Of a stretch of DNA of 64,000 bases, positions 51,478-60,572 are shown in pieces. The notes under the pieces were generated by a model, which did not search any database, was not told the DNA's origin, and was given only the letters and a program-made list of their open reading frames with translations. A program made the position numbers and the translations under genes. How positions within the stretch are numbered: the stretch's first letter is position 1; each line of letters begins with the position of its first letter. The stretch lies in assembly GCA_963845755.1 (NCBI GenBank), contig CAWJTV010000042.1, forward strand, positions 256,001-320,000. The letters are read 5' to 3'. The DNA is from an uncultured Planctomycetota bacterium. Its GTDB lineage: Bacteria; Planctomycetota; Planctomycetia; Isosphaerales; Isosphaeraceae.

Positions 51478-52689
51478 ATGAGCCAACCCAAGACCAAGCG
51501 CCGCGCGTTTCTCGGCGCCCTGGCCGGTGCGCCGGCCCTGCCGTTGTTGCTCCCCGGCGAGGCCACAGTCGCCGCGGAGAGTGCGACCGGCCGTGACGTG
51601 CTCCAGGAGCTGGGCGTCCGCTCGTTCATCAACGCGGGCGGTACGTTCACGGCCTATACGGGATCCCTGATGCGTCCCGAGGTTGTCGCGGCGATGCAGG
51701 TCGCCTCGCGGAAGTTCGTCAAGCTCGAAGACCTGCACGAGGCCGTGGGCAAACGGATCGCGGAGCTCCTGACCTGCCCGGCGGCGCTGGTGACCTCGGG
51801 ATGTGCCTCGGCGCTCGCACTGGCCACGGCGGCCTGCGTCGCCGGCAAGGACACCAGGCGCATCCGCCAACTGCCCGACACCACCGGCATGAAGAACGAG
51901 GTCATCGTCCAGAGGACCCACCGCGTCGGCTACGACCACGCCATCCGCAATGCGGGCGTCAAGTTGGTCGAGGTCGGCACTCGCGAGCAGTTGGAGAAGG
52001 CCATCAGCGAGAAGACCGCTATGATGTTCTTCCTCAACTTCGCCGATCCGAGCGGGCGAATCCACCACGAGGAATTCGTCGCGATCGCGAAGGCGCACGA
52101 GATTCCCACGCTGATCGACGCCGCGGCGGATGTCCCGCCGGTCGAGAACCTATGGAAGTACACCAAGATGGGATTCGACCTGGTGGGCTTCTCCGGCGGT
52201 AAGGGGCTGCGTGGGCCGCAGTCCGCGGGCCTGCTTCTGGGCCGCAAGGACCTGATCGAGGCCGCCCGGCTCAACAACAGCCCCAACGGCGACACCCTCT
52301 GCCGGACCAACAAGGTCAACAAGGAAGAGATCATCGGCATGCTGGTGGCCCTGGAAACCTACCTGAAGCTGGACCATGCCGCCGAGTGGAAGGACTGGGA
52401 GGACCGCTGCCGGCGCATCACCGAGGCGCTCAAGGAATTCCCGGATGTCAAGACCCAGGTAAACGTGCCTCGGATTGCCAACGCCGTGCCGCACTTGCAA
52501 ATCCGCTGGGACTACCAGGGACGCAAGGTCAGCGTGGCGGACATGGTCAAGAAGCTCCGCGAGGGCAAGCCGAGCATCGAGGTAAGCCCCGGGGCGCGAT
52601 CGCCGCTGGCCATCGGCGTCTGGATGATGGAGCCCGGCGAGGACGAGATCGTGGGCCGGCGCATCCGGGAGATCCTCGCCGGGTCGTAG
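51478..52689 (+). CDS. SelA/DgaE-like PLP-dependent enzyme with a Tat signal
   Basis: KRRAFLG Tat motif; INAGGTFT..GS, IDAAA, FSGGKGLRGPQSAG, KVNKEEIIG. Confidence 0.88.
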   Translation: MSQPKTKRRAFLGALAGAPALPLLLPGEATVAAESATGRDVLQELGVRSFINAGGTFTAYTGSLMRPEVVAAMQVASRKFVKLEDLHEAVGKRIAELLTCPAALVTSGCASALALATAACVAGKDTRRIRQLPDTTGMKNEVIVQRTHRVGYDHAIRNAGVKLVEVGTREQLEKAISEKTAMMFFLNFADPSGRIHHEEFVAIAKAHEIPTLIDAAADVPPVENLWKYTKMGFDLVGFSGGKGLRGPQSAGLLLGRKDLIEAARLNNSPNGDTLCRTNKVNKEEIIGMLVALETYLKLDHAAEWKDWEDRCRRITEALKEFPDVKTQVNVPRIANAVPHLQIRWDYQGRKVSVADMVKKLREGKPSIEVSPGARSPLAIGVWMMEPGEDEIVGRRIREILAGS

Positions 52690-52735
52690 GGCCCGGCTTC
52701 TCGGCGCGGGGAATATGAAAGAATCGATTCAAAAA

Positions 52736-52825
52736 GAGACTGTCGCAAGAGAACCGGGTTCTGCTCAGAGGAAGTATCGGTGGGCCCATGGGATCCTCGT
52801 TCCCACGCTCCCGCGTGGGAACGAG
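52736..52825. repeat. Second copy of the 88-bp dispersed repeat with a single REP palindrome
   Basis: 81/88 identical to 23364-23451; ends in CTCGTTCCCACGCTCCCGCGTGGGAACGAG. Confidence 0.85.
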
Positions 52826-53277
52826 TGAGGCCGAGACAGTGGATCGGTGGCGATTCCGCACGGCGATGGCCCTGTTGAGGCATGAGGTAAAGACGGCCTT
52901 GGAGGAGGGGCTGCGCTGCCTGTGCGCCGACGAGGGGGGGCCTGCGCCGAGATCCAGCGGGTGGAGGAGAGCCTGTGGACATTCGCGCGGGTCGTGGATG
53001 TACCGCCGACGAACAATGCCGCGGAGCGCACCGAGCGGCACGCGGTGATCTGGCGTCGGATCAGCGGTGGTACGGACAGGCGCAGGGGAGCCGATTTGTA
53101 GAGCGGGTGCTGACGGTGGTGGCCACCTGCCGCCAGCAAGGGCGGAACGTGCTGGACTACCTGACATCCTGCTTCGAGGCAGTTCGTAGTGGCCAGGCGA
53201 TCCCCTCCCTCTTGCCAGCGGAACCACCAAAGGTCAAGGTTGCCTGATACCGGCTATTCCGCTCCGTTAACGGTTGA
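52826..53277 (+). pseudogene. IS66-family transposase C-terminal remnant with a degenerate right end
   Basis: Broken frames give LWTF, PPTNNAAER, VIWRRISGGT, GSRFVERVLTVVATCRQQGRNVLDYL, IPSLLP; CCGTTAACGGTTGA at 53264-53277. Confidence 0.8.
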
Positions 53278-54216
53278 TGTCGCATTACCGGATAAGCTCC
53301 GAGTTCCGCGGCCGACGGAAATACCGAACTTTCCGGGAGTCGTGTCGCCGTTGATCGGGTTGCCCTCCAGGTCGGTGAGACCTGGGCCAGGGTTCGACTG
53401 ATGCCCTGGCCGGCCCGAAACCTTTGTCTGGTGCCCCTGGGTCACGATGATGTCGGCTGAGTAGATAAGCTTTCGCTTGGGGACGAGCGTAACGGAGTTC
53501 GTCGCGGGATCGTATTCGGCCACCCGGAGCCGCACGGTTTGTGTGGAGGAGGAGATCGAGGTGCTGCTTAAAGGGAGGGGCACGGTGCTGTCTATAAGGT
53601 TGTCGATGGAGCCCAAGAACCGGTTCGTTTTCATGGACGTCTTGGTCGCACGAACGAAGTAGTTATTCACGTTGGATGCCCCGACCGGGTCCATCGGTTT
53701 GCTGAAAGTCAGCACGATTCCTTGGGGTGTGCCCTGTACGGAGACGATTTTCGGAGGAATCATGGCGTCCGACGCCAGGATCCTCAGCTCCAACGGACCA
53801 GAGGTCGTCAAGCCGGGCGGCGGATCGATGGGCGTGATGGTCAAGTTGACGTCCACTTCGCCCGGGTTGGGTGCGCCCGCGAGAATCGGGACGGTCACGG
53901 TGGCCTGGGACGCGCCATTGACGAACGTGACCGTCTGATCCACAGCACCCACGTTCACTCCTACGGCCGGCGAGAACGGATCGGTCGCCACCACGACCTG
54001 CAACGTGCCCGTGCTAGGTTGGATATACCCCGACAACGACACGGCGGCTTCGCCGTCTTTCTGCGTAACCACCTGAGACAAGTTCGTCGTCCCCGGGATC
54101 GTGGTGCCTTCGAAACCAACAGTCGAAGGAACATTAATCTGGGGTGAAATCGCCAGCAGCAAGCGCCCCTCGAGCGCGAAGGACTCAGCCCTGAATTCGC
54201 GACGCGGGCGACACAT
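53254..54216 (-). CDS. Planctomycete extracellular protein (LExRxLL leader, Calx-beta/Ig-like domains)
   Basis: LEGRLLLA leader; QTVTF..G....TVTVPI; IVLTFSKPMDP; GLTDLEGNPINGD. Confidence 0.75.
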   Translation of the reverse strand: MCRPRREFRAESFALEGRLLLAISPQINVPSTVGFEGTTIPGTTNLSQVVTQKDGEAAVSLSGYIQPSTGTLQVVVATDPFSPAVGVNVGAVDQTVTFVNGASQATVTVPILAGAPNPGEVDVNLTITPIDPPPGLTTSGPLELRILASDAMIPPKIVSVQGTPQGIVLTFSKPMDPVGASNVNNYFVRATKTSMKTNRFLGSIDNLIDSTVPLPLSSTSISSSTQTVRLRVAEYDPATNSVTLVPKRKLIYSADIIVTQGHQTKVSGRPGHQSNPGPGLTDLEGNPINGDTTPGKFGISVGRGTRSLSGNATSTVNGAE

Positions 54217-54610
54217 GGGGGAGAATGCCTCTGAGTAAGACCGAGGGAGATCGCCCGCGGCGCCATCGACGCGGGACGTGTGTTTCAACCTGCATCGACC
54301 GCGGGACGGGTCATACTTGAAGATCAAGAGGAGGTCAAGGTCATGCGACCTCTTTTTGCCCGCGACTGTCGAGGAGGCGGGCGTTTCTGGCCCTGCTGGG
54401 ACTTTGCCGACGGCCCATGGCGGGCTGGGGCGGACTCGGGGGCAGGCCGACGCGCCGTCGCCGGATCGGGGTTCTGTCCTCGGCGCAGAGAATTGCGCCG
54501 TATATTGCACGCGTCGGTCCGACGACACCGAAGCCATCTGGAGCGAAGCTCCCGTCACGGCATGGCCCGGATTGGATCCCGGTCCATTCTATACGTTTGT
54601 TACCATCGAC

Positions 54611-54624
54611 CCGTGAACGCTTAC
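54611..54624. mobile_element. Isolated IS66-type terminal inverted repeat
   Basis: CCGTGAACGCTTAC, reverse complement GTAAGCGTTCACGG; IS66 ends begin GTAA. Confidence 0.55.
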
Positions 54625-54708
54625 TCCGATTCCTTACCCATCAGAAAAGGGCATCGCATTTATTGAATCTCGAATCTCGAATCTTCTATCCGATTCCTTC
54701 GCATCCTC

Positions 54709-55681
54709 TCAAAGGTGCTGCTCAATTTCCCGCTCGGGGATCGGAGGCTTCTCGGGCCGCGACCGGAGCCACTTGAAGAAATCGGCCTTGATCGGTTCGG
54801 TCCATCGGACATCGATCTGCCCAGGGGTGTAGACTCCTTCGCGCAAGCGGAGGTGTCCGAACTCGTCCTTGAGGGCGACGATCTCGGCGGTCACGACGAC
54901 TTCCTCGGCCAGGTGCGGCGGGATGACGATGACTCCTTCGCGCTTGGCCAGGATAACGTCGCCCGGCAGGACGGTCACCATGCCGATCCGGATCGGCCGG
55001 TTGATCGACGCGAGCGTCATGTTCTTCAAGAACGAGGGGTCCCACCCCCGGACGAAGGCGTTGAATCCCTCGATTTGCTTGAGACCATCGAGGTCGCGGG
55101 CGCCGGCATCGAAGACCACGCCGCTATGGGTCTTCGCGTAGATGGCATTGCCGAGGTTGTCGCCGATGAGCGTGCCGTCGGCGATCTTACCGCATCCGTC
55201 GGCGACGTAGACGTCGCCGCCCTGGAGCATGTCGATCGGCCAGGAGTTCGACGGTCCGATCCGGGCTTCCGCCTTGCCGATCCGCGTGACGTGGTCGACG
55301 AGGTCGGGCCGGCCCGGGAGATAGGCGGCGGTGAGTCGCCCGGCCCACGACGGGGCGATCCGGGTGCACCATCTGCCAGCCCGCTGCGAACGGGTACTCA
55401 TACCCGCGCTGACGGAGGACGTCCCAGGCCTCCTCGATCGATACGGCCTTCATGCGACGGAGAAGGTCTTCCGGAACCTTGGGCCGACCGTCGGGATAAC
55501 GATCACCCTTCCAGCTCGGTGTCATCGCCAGCAGGTCGGCCCGGGAGGCGGCCATCCCGCCGGGCCGGTCCGCCGCGACGGGAGAACCATCGGGCTGGTC
55601 CTTCGCCAGCACGGCCCAGGCCATCCCGAGCGACCCCAGCAGGACCGCGAGACTGGCCAGCCTTCTCATCTTGGGAAACAT
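54709..55681 (-). CDS. Exported RraA/HMG-aldolase-family protein (frameshift near 55335)
   Basis: Signal peptide; DGRPKVP, VVGRA.T, GDNL, GVVFD..ARD, PIRIG..TVLPGDV. Confidence 0.85.
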
Positions 55682-56204
55682 CTTGACGATCATCGACGAG
55701 GACTCCGGTGCGCGAGGAAACGAAGGATACGCCTTTGGGATGAACCCTCCCCGGGCCGCCGACCACTCCGGGGCAGCGACCCGTGCGCACCATTATGGCG
55801 TCTCGCCCGGCTCTCGGAAACGGACGACCGAGCCTCGGCTCCCAACAATGGTTCCCGCCGAAATGAAAGTCCTTCGGTAGAGAGTGTCAAGCCAATAATG
55901 ACTGCCGGGTGATACCGCCCTGCGGAAATCGAATGGACATCGATTCCACCAACAGCAATTCCCCTCTTTACGGCCGCTCGCACCAAAGGGGATCACAGGT
56001 CGAGGGCTGCCTCTACCGAGATGATGACGAATCAGAGAAATCCAAATCGGGAAGTATTTAAAGATTTTGTTGATTTTTAATATTTTTGGGATTGACAAAT
56101 CTGGTGAAGTCCCGCCAGGATTAGTGGCGCGCGGTGTCCTGCCCTATCTCAACTGCAGAGCGCGCCGTGCCGTGCTGGACGACAAAACCACCAGGAGAGC
56201 GATC

Positions 56205-56663
56205 ATGTCGAATTCGTTCCGAGACCTTCTCGCCCCAAATCAACTCAATTCCGGAGACAATCTTTTCTCAGGTTTGAGCGGCTTCAAGCTCAGCATGCAG
56301 CAGGACGGCAATCTCGTGCTGTACGCCATCGACGATACCAACCTCCCGAGGCAGCTTCCGGCCTTCCCTCCCGGGTTTACCAGTGGAAGTTATCCGAAAG
56401 CAATCTGGGCAAGTGGCACCAATGGGACGGACGCCAACCGCTGTGTCATGCAGGAAGATGGCAACCTCGTCGTTTACGACGTTGCTGGGACCGCTCGCTG
56501 GGCGTCCGGTACAAACGGAAATCACGGCGCATTCCTGAGATGTCAAGATGATGGGAATCTTGTCGTCTACTCGTTCAACGGGGGCGCTTGGTCCTCGAAT
56601 ACGTTTGCGGGGCCGCGCGAGACTCCGTCGAACGCGATTCGTCAGAAGTCGCCGACCATGTGA
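56205..56663 (+). CDS. Stand-alone bulb-type (B) mannose-binding lectin
   Basis: Three intact QxDxNxVxY motifs (QQDGNLVLY, QEDGNLVVY, QDDGNLVVY); WASGT twice; AGGAG RBS; TTGACA at 56092. Confidence 0.88.
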   Translation: MSNSFRDLLAPNQLNSGDNLFSGLSGFKLSMQQDGNLVLYAIDDTNLPRQLPAFPPGFTSGSYPKAIWASGTNGTDANRCVMQEDGNLVVYDVAGTARWASGTNGNHGAFLRCQDDGNLVVYSFNGGAWSSNTFAGPRETPSNAIRQKSPTM

Positions 56664-56829
56664 GGTCGTCTTGGGAGGAAGGAACGGCGCGCTTGGAGTT
56701 CACAACACTCTCGGCGCGCCGGCATTTCGCGTCTATCAGCGCGACGAGTCCGGAATCAATGCCGCGGGGGACTTGAGGGTAGACCTCGTTTCGCGTTTTT
56801 TCACGCGAGAAAACTTGAAATCCGAACTG

Positions 56830-57114
56830 ACTTCGTCGGCACCGGGCTCTTCGAGATGAGACCCACTCGACACCTCGCCGCATTCCCGGTGGAGGAGCAG
56901 CAGCGGCATTTCGACACTCGGTCAGTTCGGCCTGGAGCGCCAACCGTTCTTGCTCCGCCAGTCCGGCCTGTCGCTGCGCCTCCCGTGCCTCGCGAAGCGA
57001 CCAGAGCCGCCCGGCCAGGAACATCGCCACGGCGAACGCGGCCAGCAGCAGTGTCTTCAACACGATTCCTCCCGCAAGGGCGTGGCGGCCGTGTTCGAGT
57101 ACCGGTTCATTCAT
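56830..57114 (-). CDS. Small membrane-anchored coiled-coil protein (3' end uncertain)
   Basis: TGATG coupling to the upstream gene; TM helix followed by a Gln/Glu/Arg coil. Confidence 0.45.
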
Positions 57115-57884
57115 CAGAAGTCTTCCGCCTCTTCGCCACCGGCGATCGTGAGCAGCGCTCGCAGCCACCGCGGCGCGAGCTTATCAGAAAGGAACCGGAC
57201 TGCTCCGTCGAGCAGGAGCACGTTGGCTCCGCCCGGATGGCGACTCGAGAGCCCTGCCTTGTTGTTCGACCCGTTGATGGCGAGGCTCATTCGGTCGAAC
57301 TCCCGATCTCGCGGTTCCATCCAGTGGATCGACGACTCCGAGACCTCGACGATCAGGATCGTCCGGTCCTGTCCGTCGTGAACCTCTTCGAGCCGCATCG
57401 CTTCTGTCCCGTGCCAGGCGGTCTCCGGCCCGACGACCGCAACGTAGGACGTCGAATGCTCCTTGACGAGTTGACTCGGGCAGACGTAGGGCCAAACGGC
57501 CAGGTCATGCAGCTTCCGGTTATTCGGGCCATCCCACGGTTCGTCGAAATCGTACTGATCGTAGATCGCCTTCTGTTCGAGCCATGGCAGGATCAACACG
57601 CGCCAACTATGCATCGGCCGCCCGTGCTCGTCGGCGATGTAGGCCGGCGGGTAGCAGCCGTACGCGTCGCGATAGTAGCGAAGGGCCAGACCGATCTGCT
57701 TGAGGTTATTCACGCACGCCGACCGGCGCGCCGCCTCGCGCGCCGTTCACCGCGCCGGCAGGAACAGGCCCACGAGGACTCCGATGATCGCGACCACGAC
57801 CAGGGTCTCGATGAGCGTGATGCCGCTACCGAGAGGCCGACGCCCGATCGCGGTCCGGCGGGTATGCCGTTCGACGGGACCCAT
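57114..57884 (-). CDS. DUF1559 prepilin-like protein with H-X9-DG motif (frameshift near 57750)
   Basis: GITLIETLVVVAIIGVLVGL, AREAARR..C.NNLKQIGLAL, SWRVLILP, HPGGANVLLLDGAV; GGGAGG RBS. Confidence 0.88.
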
Positions 57885-58009
57885 GAATGCGCCTCCCCTG
57901 AACCGGATAGACTGACCGTCCGGATGGAAGCCGACGTCAGAAGTGGTTCCTGGTCCCCTTCATGTTCACTCCCAGGGAGGCCAGAACGACATCGGCTCTC
58001 GCCATCAAC

Positions 58010-58043
58010 TACAACTGTAAGATGACATTTCATTCTTGTCAAG
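58010..58043 (-). promoter_or_regulatory. sigma70 promoter overlapped by a BlaI/MecI/CopY-type box and a second palindrome
   Basis: Minus strand TTGACA-N18-TACAGT; TACAACTGTA at 58010-58019; TGACA-N10-TGTCA at 58023-58042. Confidence 0.6.
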
Positions 58044-58195
58044 TGATCAGCCTGTCAGGAGGATCTGGAGGACGATTTGGGCGCGGATGGGAACGGCTCC
58101 GAACCTGATGCCGTTCGCCGGTGTCCATCGCATCAGTGCTCGAACGCGAATCGAGGATTGACCCGATGTTGGCCTTGTTCGTCACGAGGGATTCC

Positions 58196-58955
58196 ATGCG
58201 CTCGGATATGGCGAAGGTGATCGTCGAGCGGCCCCGCTTCGGGTCGCGCCTCCGAGGCACGCCCAAGGGATATCGCCGCGCGCTCCAGCGTCTGGGCGAG
58301 GAAGGGACGCCCCGCCGCGAGGGGATGAAGCGCCGCCACCGGGGCAACACCAAGATGCTCAACGAGCACCTCGGACCGCTCCGCCGCTACCTCGACGCAC
58401 AGGTCGGCCGCCCGTGGGACAAGGTCTTCTCGGAGATCTGTTCCCACATCGACCGGGCTTCGGCCGTCCAGGATCACGTCCGCGACCATGTAGCCGACTA
58501 CGTCGTGACTCATGTCGTTCTGATCGATGGGATTCCCTGCAGCGGCGAAGGTGGCCGGAATTACGGGCGACCCCTGCACCAGACGGCGCTGGGGAGGCTG
58601 GTTCGTCAGCCCGCGCACGGGAATCCTGAAGCGCATCAAGAAGCCAGTGCGATCGCAACGCGGGACGCCGGAGGGCCGGGAGAGGCCCGACGATCACCCA
58701 CGCTTCGTCAGGGTCGGCGATTCGCTTCAATGTCGCCTGATCGATAAGGCCTTGCACCTGTTAAGTCTCAAGCCCCTTCCGATCGGGCGCGGTTCCTCCC
58801 GGGAGCGCGACGTGTTCCTCAATTGCCTCGCCGCGGCGATCGACTCCACGACCGCGCGCAAACACTATGGGGCCGACGTTTATGCGTCGGGAATCCGGCG
58901 GTTGGCCCGGCGAGAATTGTCCCAGTTTCCCATCCCGATGGAGCTCTGGACGTAG
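58196..58955 (+). CDS. Basic hypothetical protein (frameshift near 58592)
   Basis: MRSDMAKVIVERPR, LNEHLGPLRRYL..QVGRPWDKVFSEI, then WFVSPRTGIL in the second frame. Confidence 0.7.
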
Positions 58956-58976
58956 AGACTCCAAAGGGACATGGCA

Positions 58977-60506
58977 TCACGACGTGTGGGCCAGGATGAA
59001 ATCCACAATCGGTTTCGGGTCCTTTGGCGACATCGGATAATGGCCCTCGCCTTCCTTGATGATGACCGTGATGTGGCCGCCCAGTTCTTTGTACTGCTTC
59101 TCGAGTACACGAGTATGATCGTTGAGCCAGGGGTCGAGGCTGCCGCAAACGTGGATGAGCGGCACGCCAGCGCTGGCCAGCGAGGCCAAATGATCGAGAG
59201 GCTGGGTTTTCGACATGAGGCTCCGCAGGCCGGGTTCACGCAATAGATGCAAGTCACCTTGTCCGGATTCTCGATGGCCCAGGCGTAGGCTTCCCCGGCC
59301 GCCGTTCCGGCACCCTCCATCACGGGCTTCCGGGAAAAGCCGTGGTCGACGAGGAGCTTGTAAACGGCGTCCCACTGTTGCCGGACCGGGCCGGCCTGCG
59401 CAATGAGCGGGGCCACGACGATGTGATAACCCTTGGCCAGCAGGGCCTGATCGACCACGGCGTTAAGTCCGATTGGGTCCGCTCGGAACACCCAGGGCTT
59501 CCCCGGGGCCGCGGTCCTCGGCACGATGATTGTCATCCCGGTTATGCCCCATGGGCTACCGGTCTTAGCATCGAAACGGTCGAAGCACTCCGTGAATCCC
59601 GGTCCACGACAGGTGACGTAGGTCTTTTCTTCCTTGAGAGGGCAGTATGAGCTCTCCAGGCTGTAATAATAGGACTTCGTGAACGTCTCCCCGGCGAAGT
59701 CGGGCCGTTTGCCATCGGTCGGCTGGATGTGCTGAACGATCCAGTCTGCGATCGGCTTCGGGTTGCGCAGACTGTGGGGATGATGGGCCGTGCCTTCCTT
59801 GATCATCACGGTGATCCGGCCGCCCAACTGTTGGTAGCGGTTCTCGATGGCCAGCGTGTGCTTTTCCAGCAAGAAATCGAAACTGCCGCAGACGTTCAGC
59901 AGAGACACGTCGTTCCTGGCCAGGTCCCCGAGGTTCAGGAAGGCGTTCGGCCGGATCGCGGGATTGTCGGCGTAGATGCACGAAACCTTATCGGGATTGG
60001 CTGTGGACCACTCGTAGGCGTTGACTCCGCCTCGACTCATGCCGACGAATGCCGGCTTCCTCGACAGGCCATGCTGCTCCGTGAGGTATCGGTACCAGGC
60101 GTCCCAGGGCTTGCCGGGATCGGGCGTGATGAAGGCGACGTGAAAACCCCGCCGGAGCAGTTCGACTTCAACCTGGGGTTCGTGGTCCCAGTAACAACCT
60201 CGCCAGGACCATGGGTTTCCGGCGGCCACCTCCTTCGGAACTATGACGATACACCGCCGCTGACCCGTCGCCGGGGCCTTTACCCCATAGTGGTCGTCTT
60301 CCGCCTTCTTCGCCGGCCGGATCGTCAGATTCTCTGCGTCCATCACGAAGTCATAGCGGTCGAACCCGTCGTGCCACGCGGACTTCTCGCCTTCGAAGGG
60401 CGTGTACGCGCCCCTCCGCACACGCGCCTTTCGGTTCTCCGAGAATCGCGGCAGCAAGAACCGTCACCACACCAAGATGCATTAGCCGTTTGAGAATATT
60501 TATCAT
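58977..60506 (-). CDS. Exported tandem alpha/beta-hydrolase-like protein (two frameshifts)
   Basis: Signal peptide; internal duplication (NPDKVSCIY/NPDKVTCIY, GGRITVMIKEG/GGHITVIIKEG); GMSRGG in domain 1, GAGTAA in domain 2. Confidence 0.75.
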
Positions 60507-60572
60507 GTCCATTTCCTTGCAATCGGAGCACGAAGGTGCCCGTCCGAAGTGATGTCTCCGCCTTCTTTCACG

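Noticed and set aside
51478..52689. selA (selenocysteine synthase)
   Set aside because: Has a Tat signal, lacks the SelA N-terminal domain, and has no selB/selC nearby; context fits a DgaE-like enzyme.
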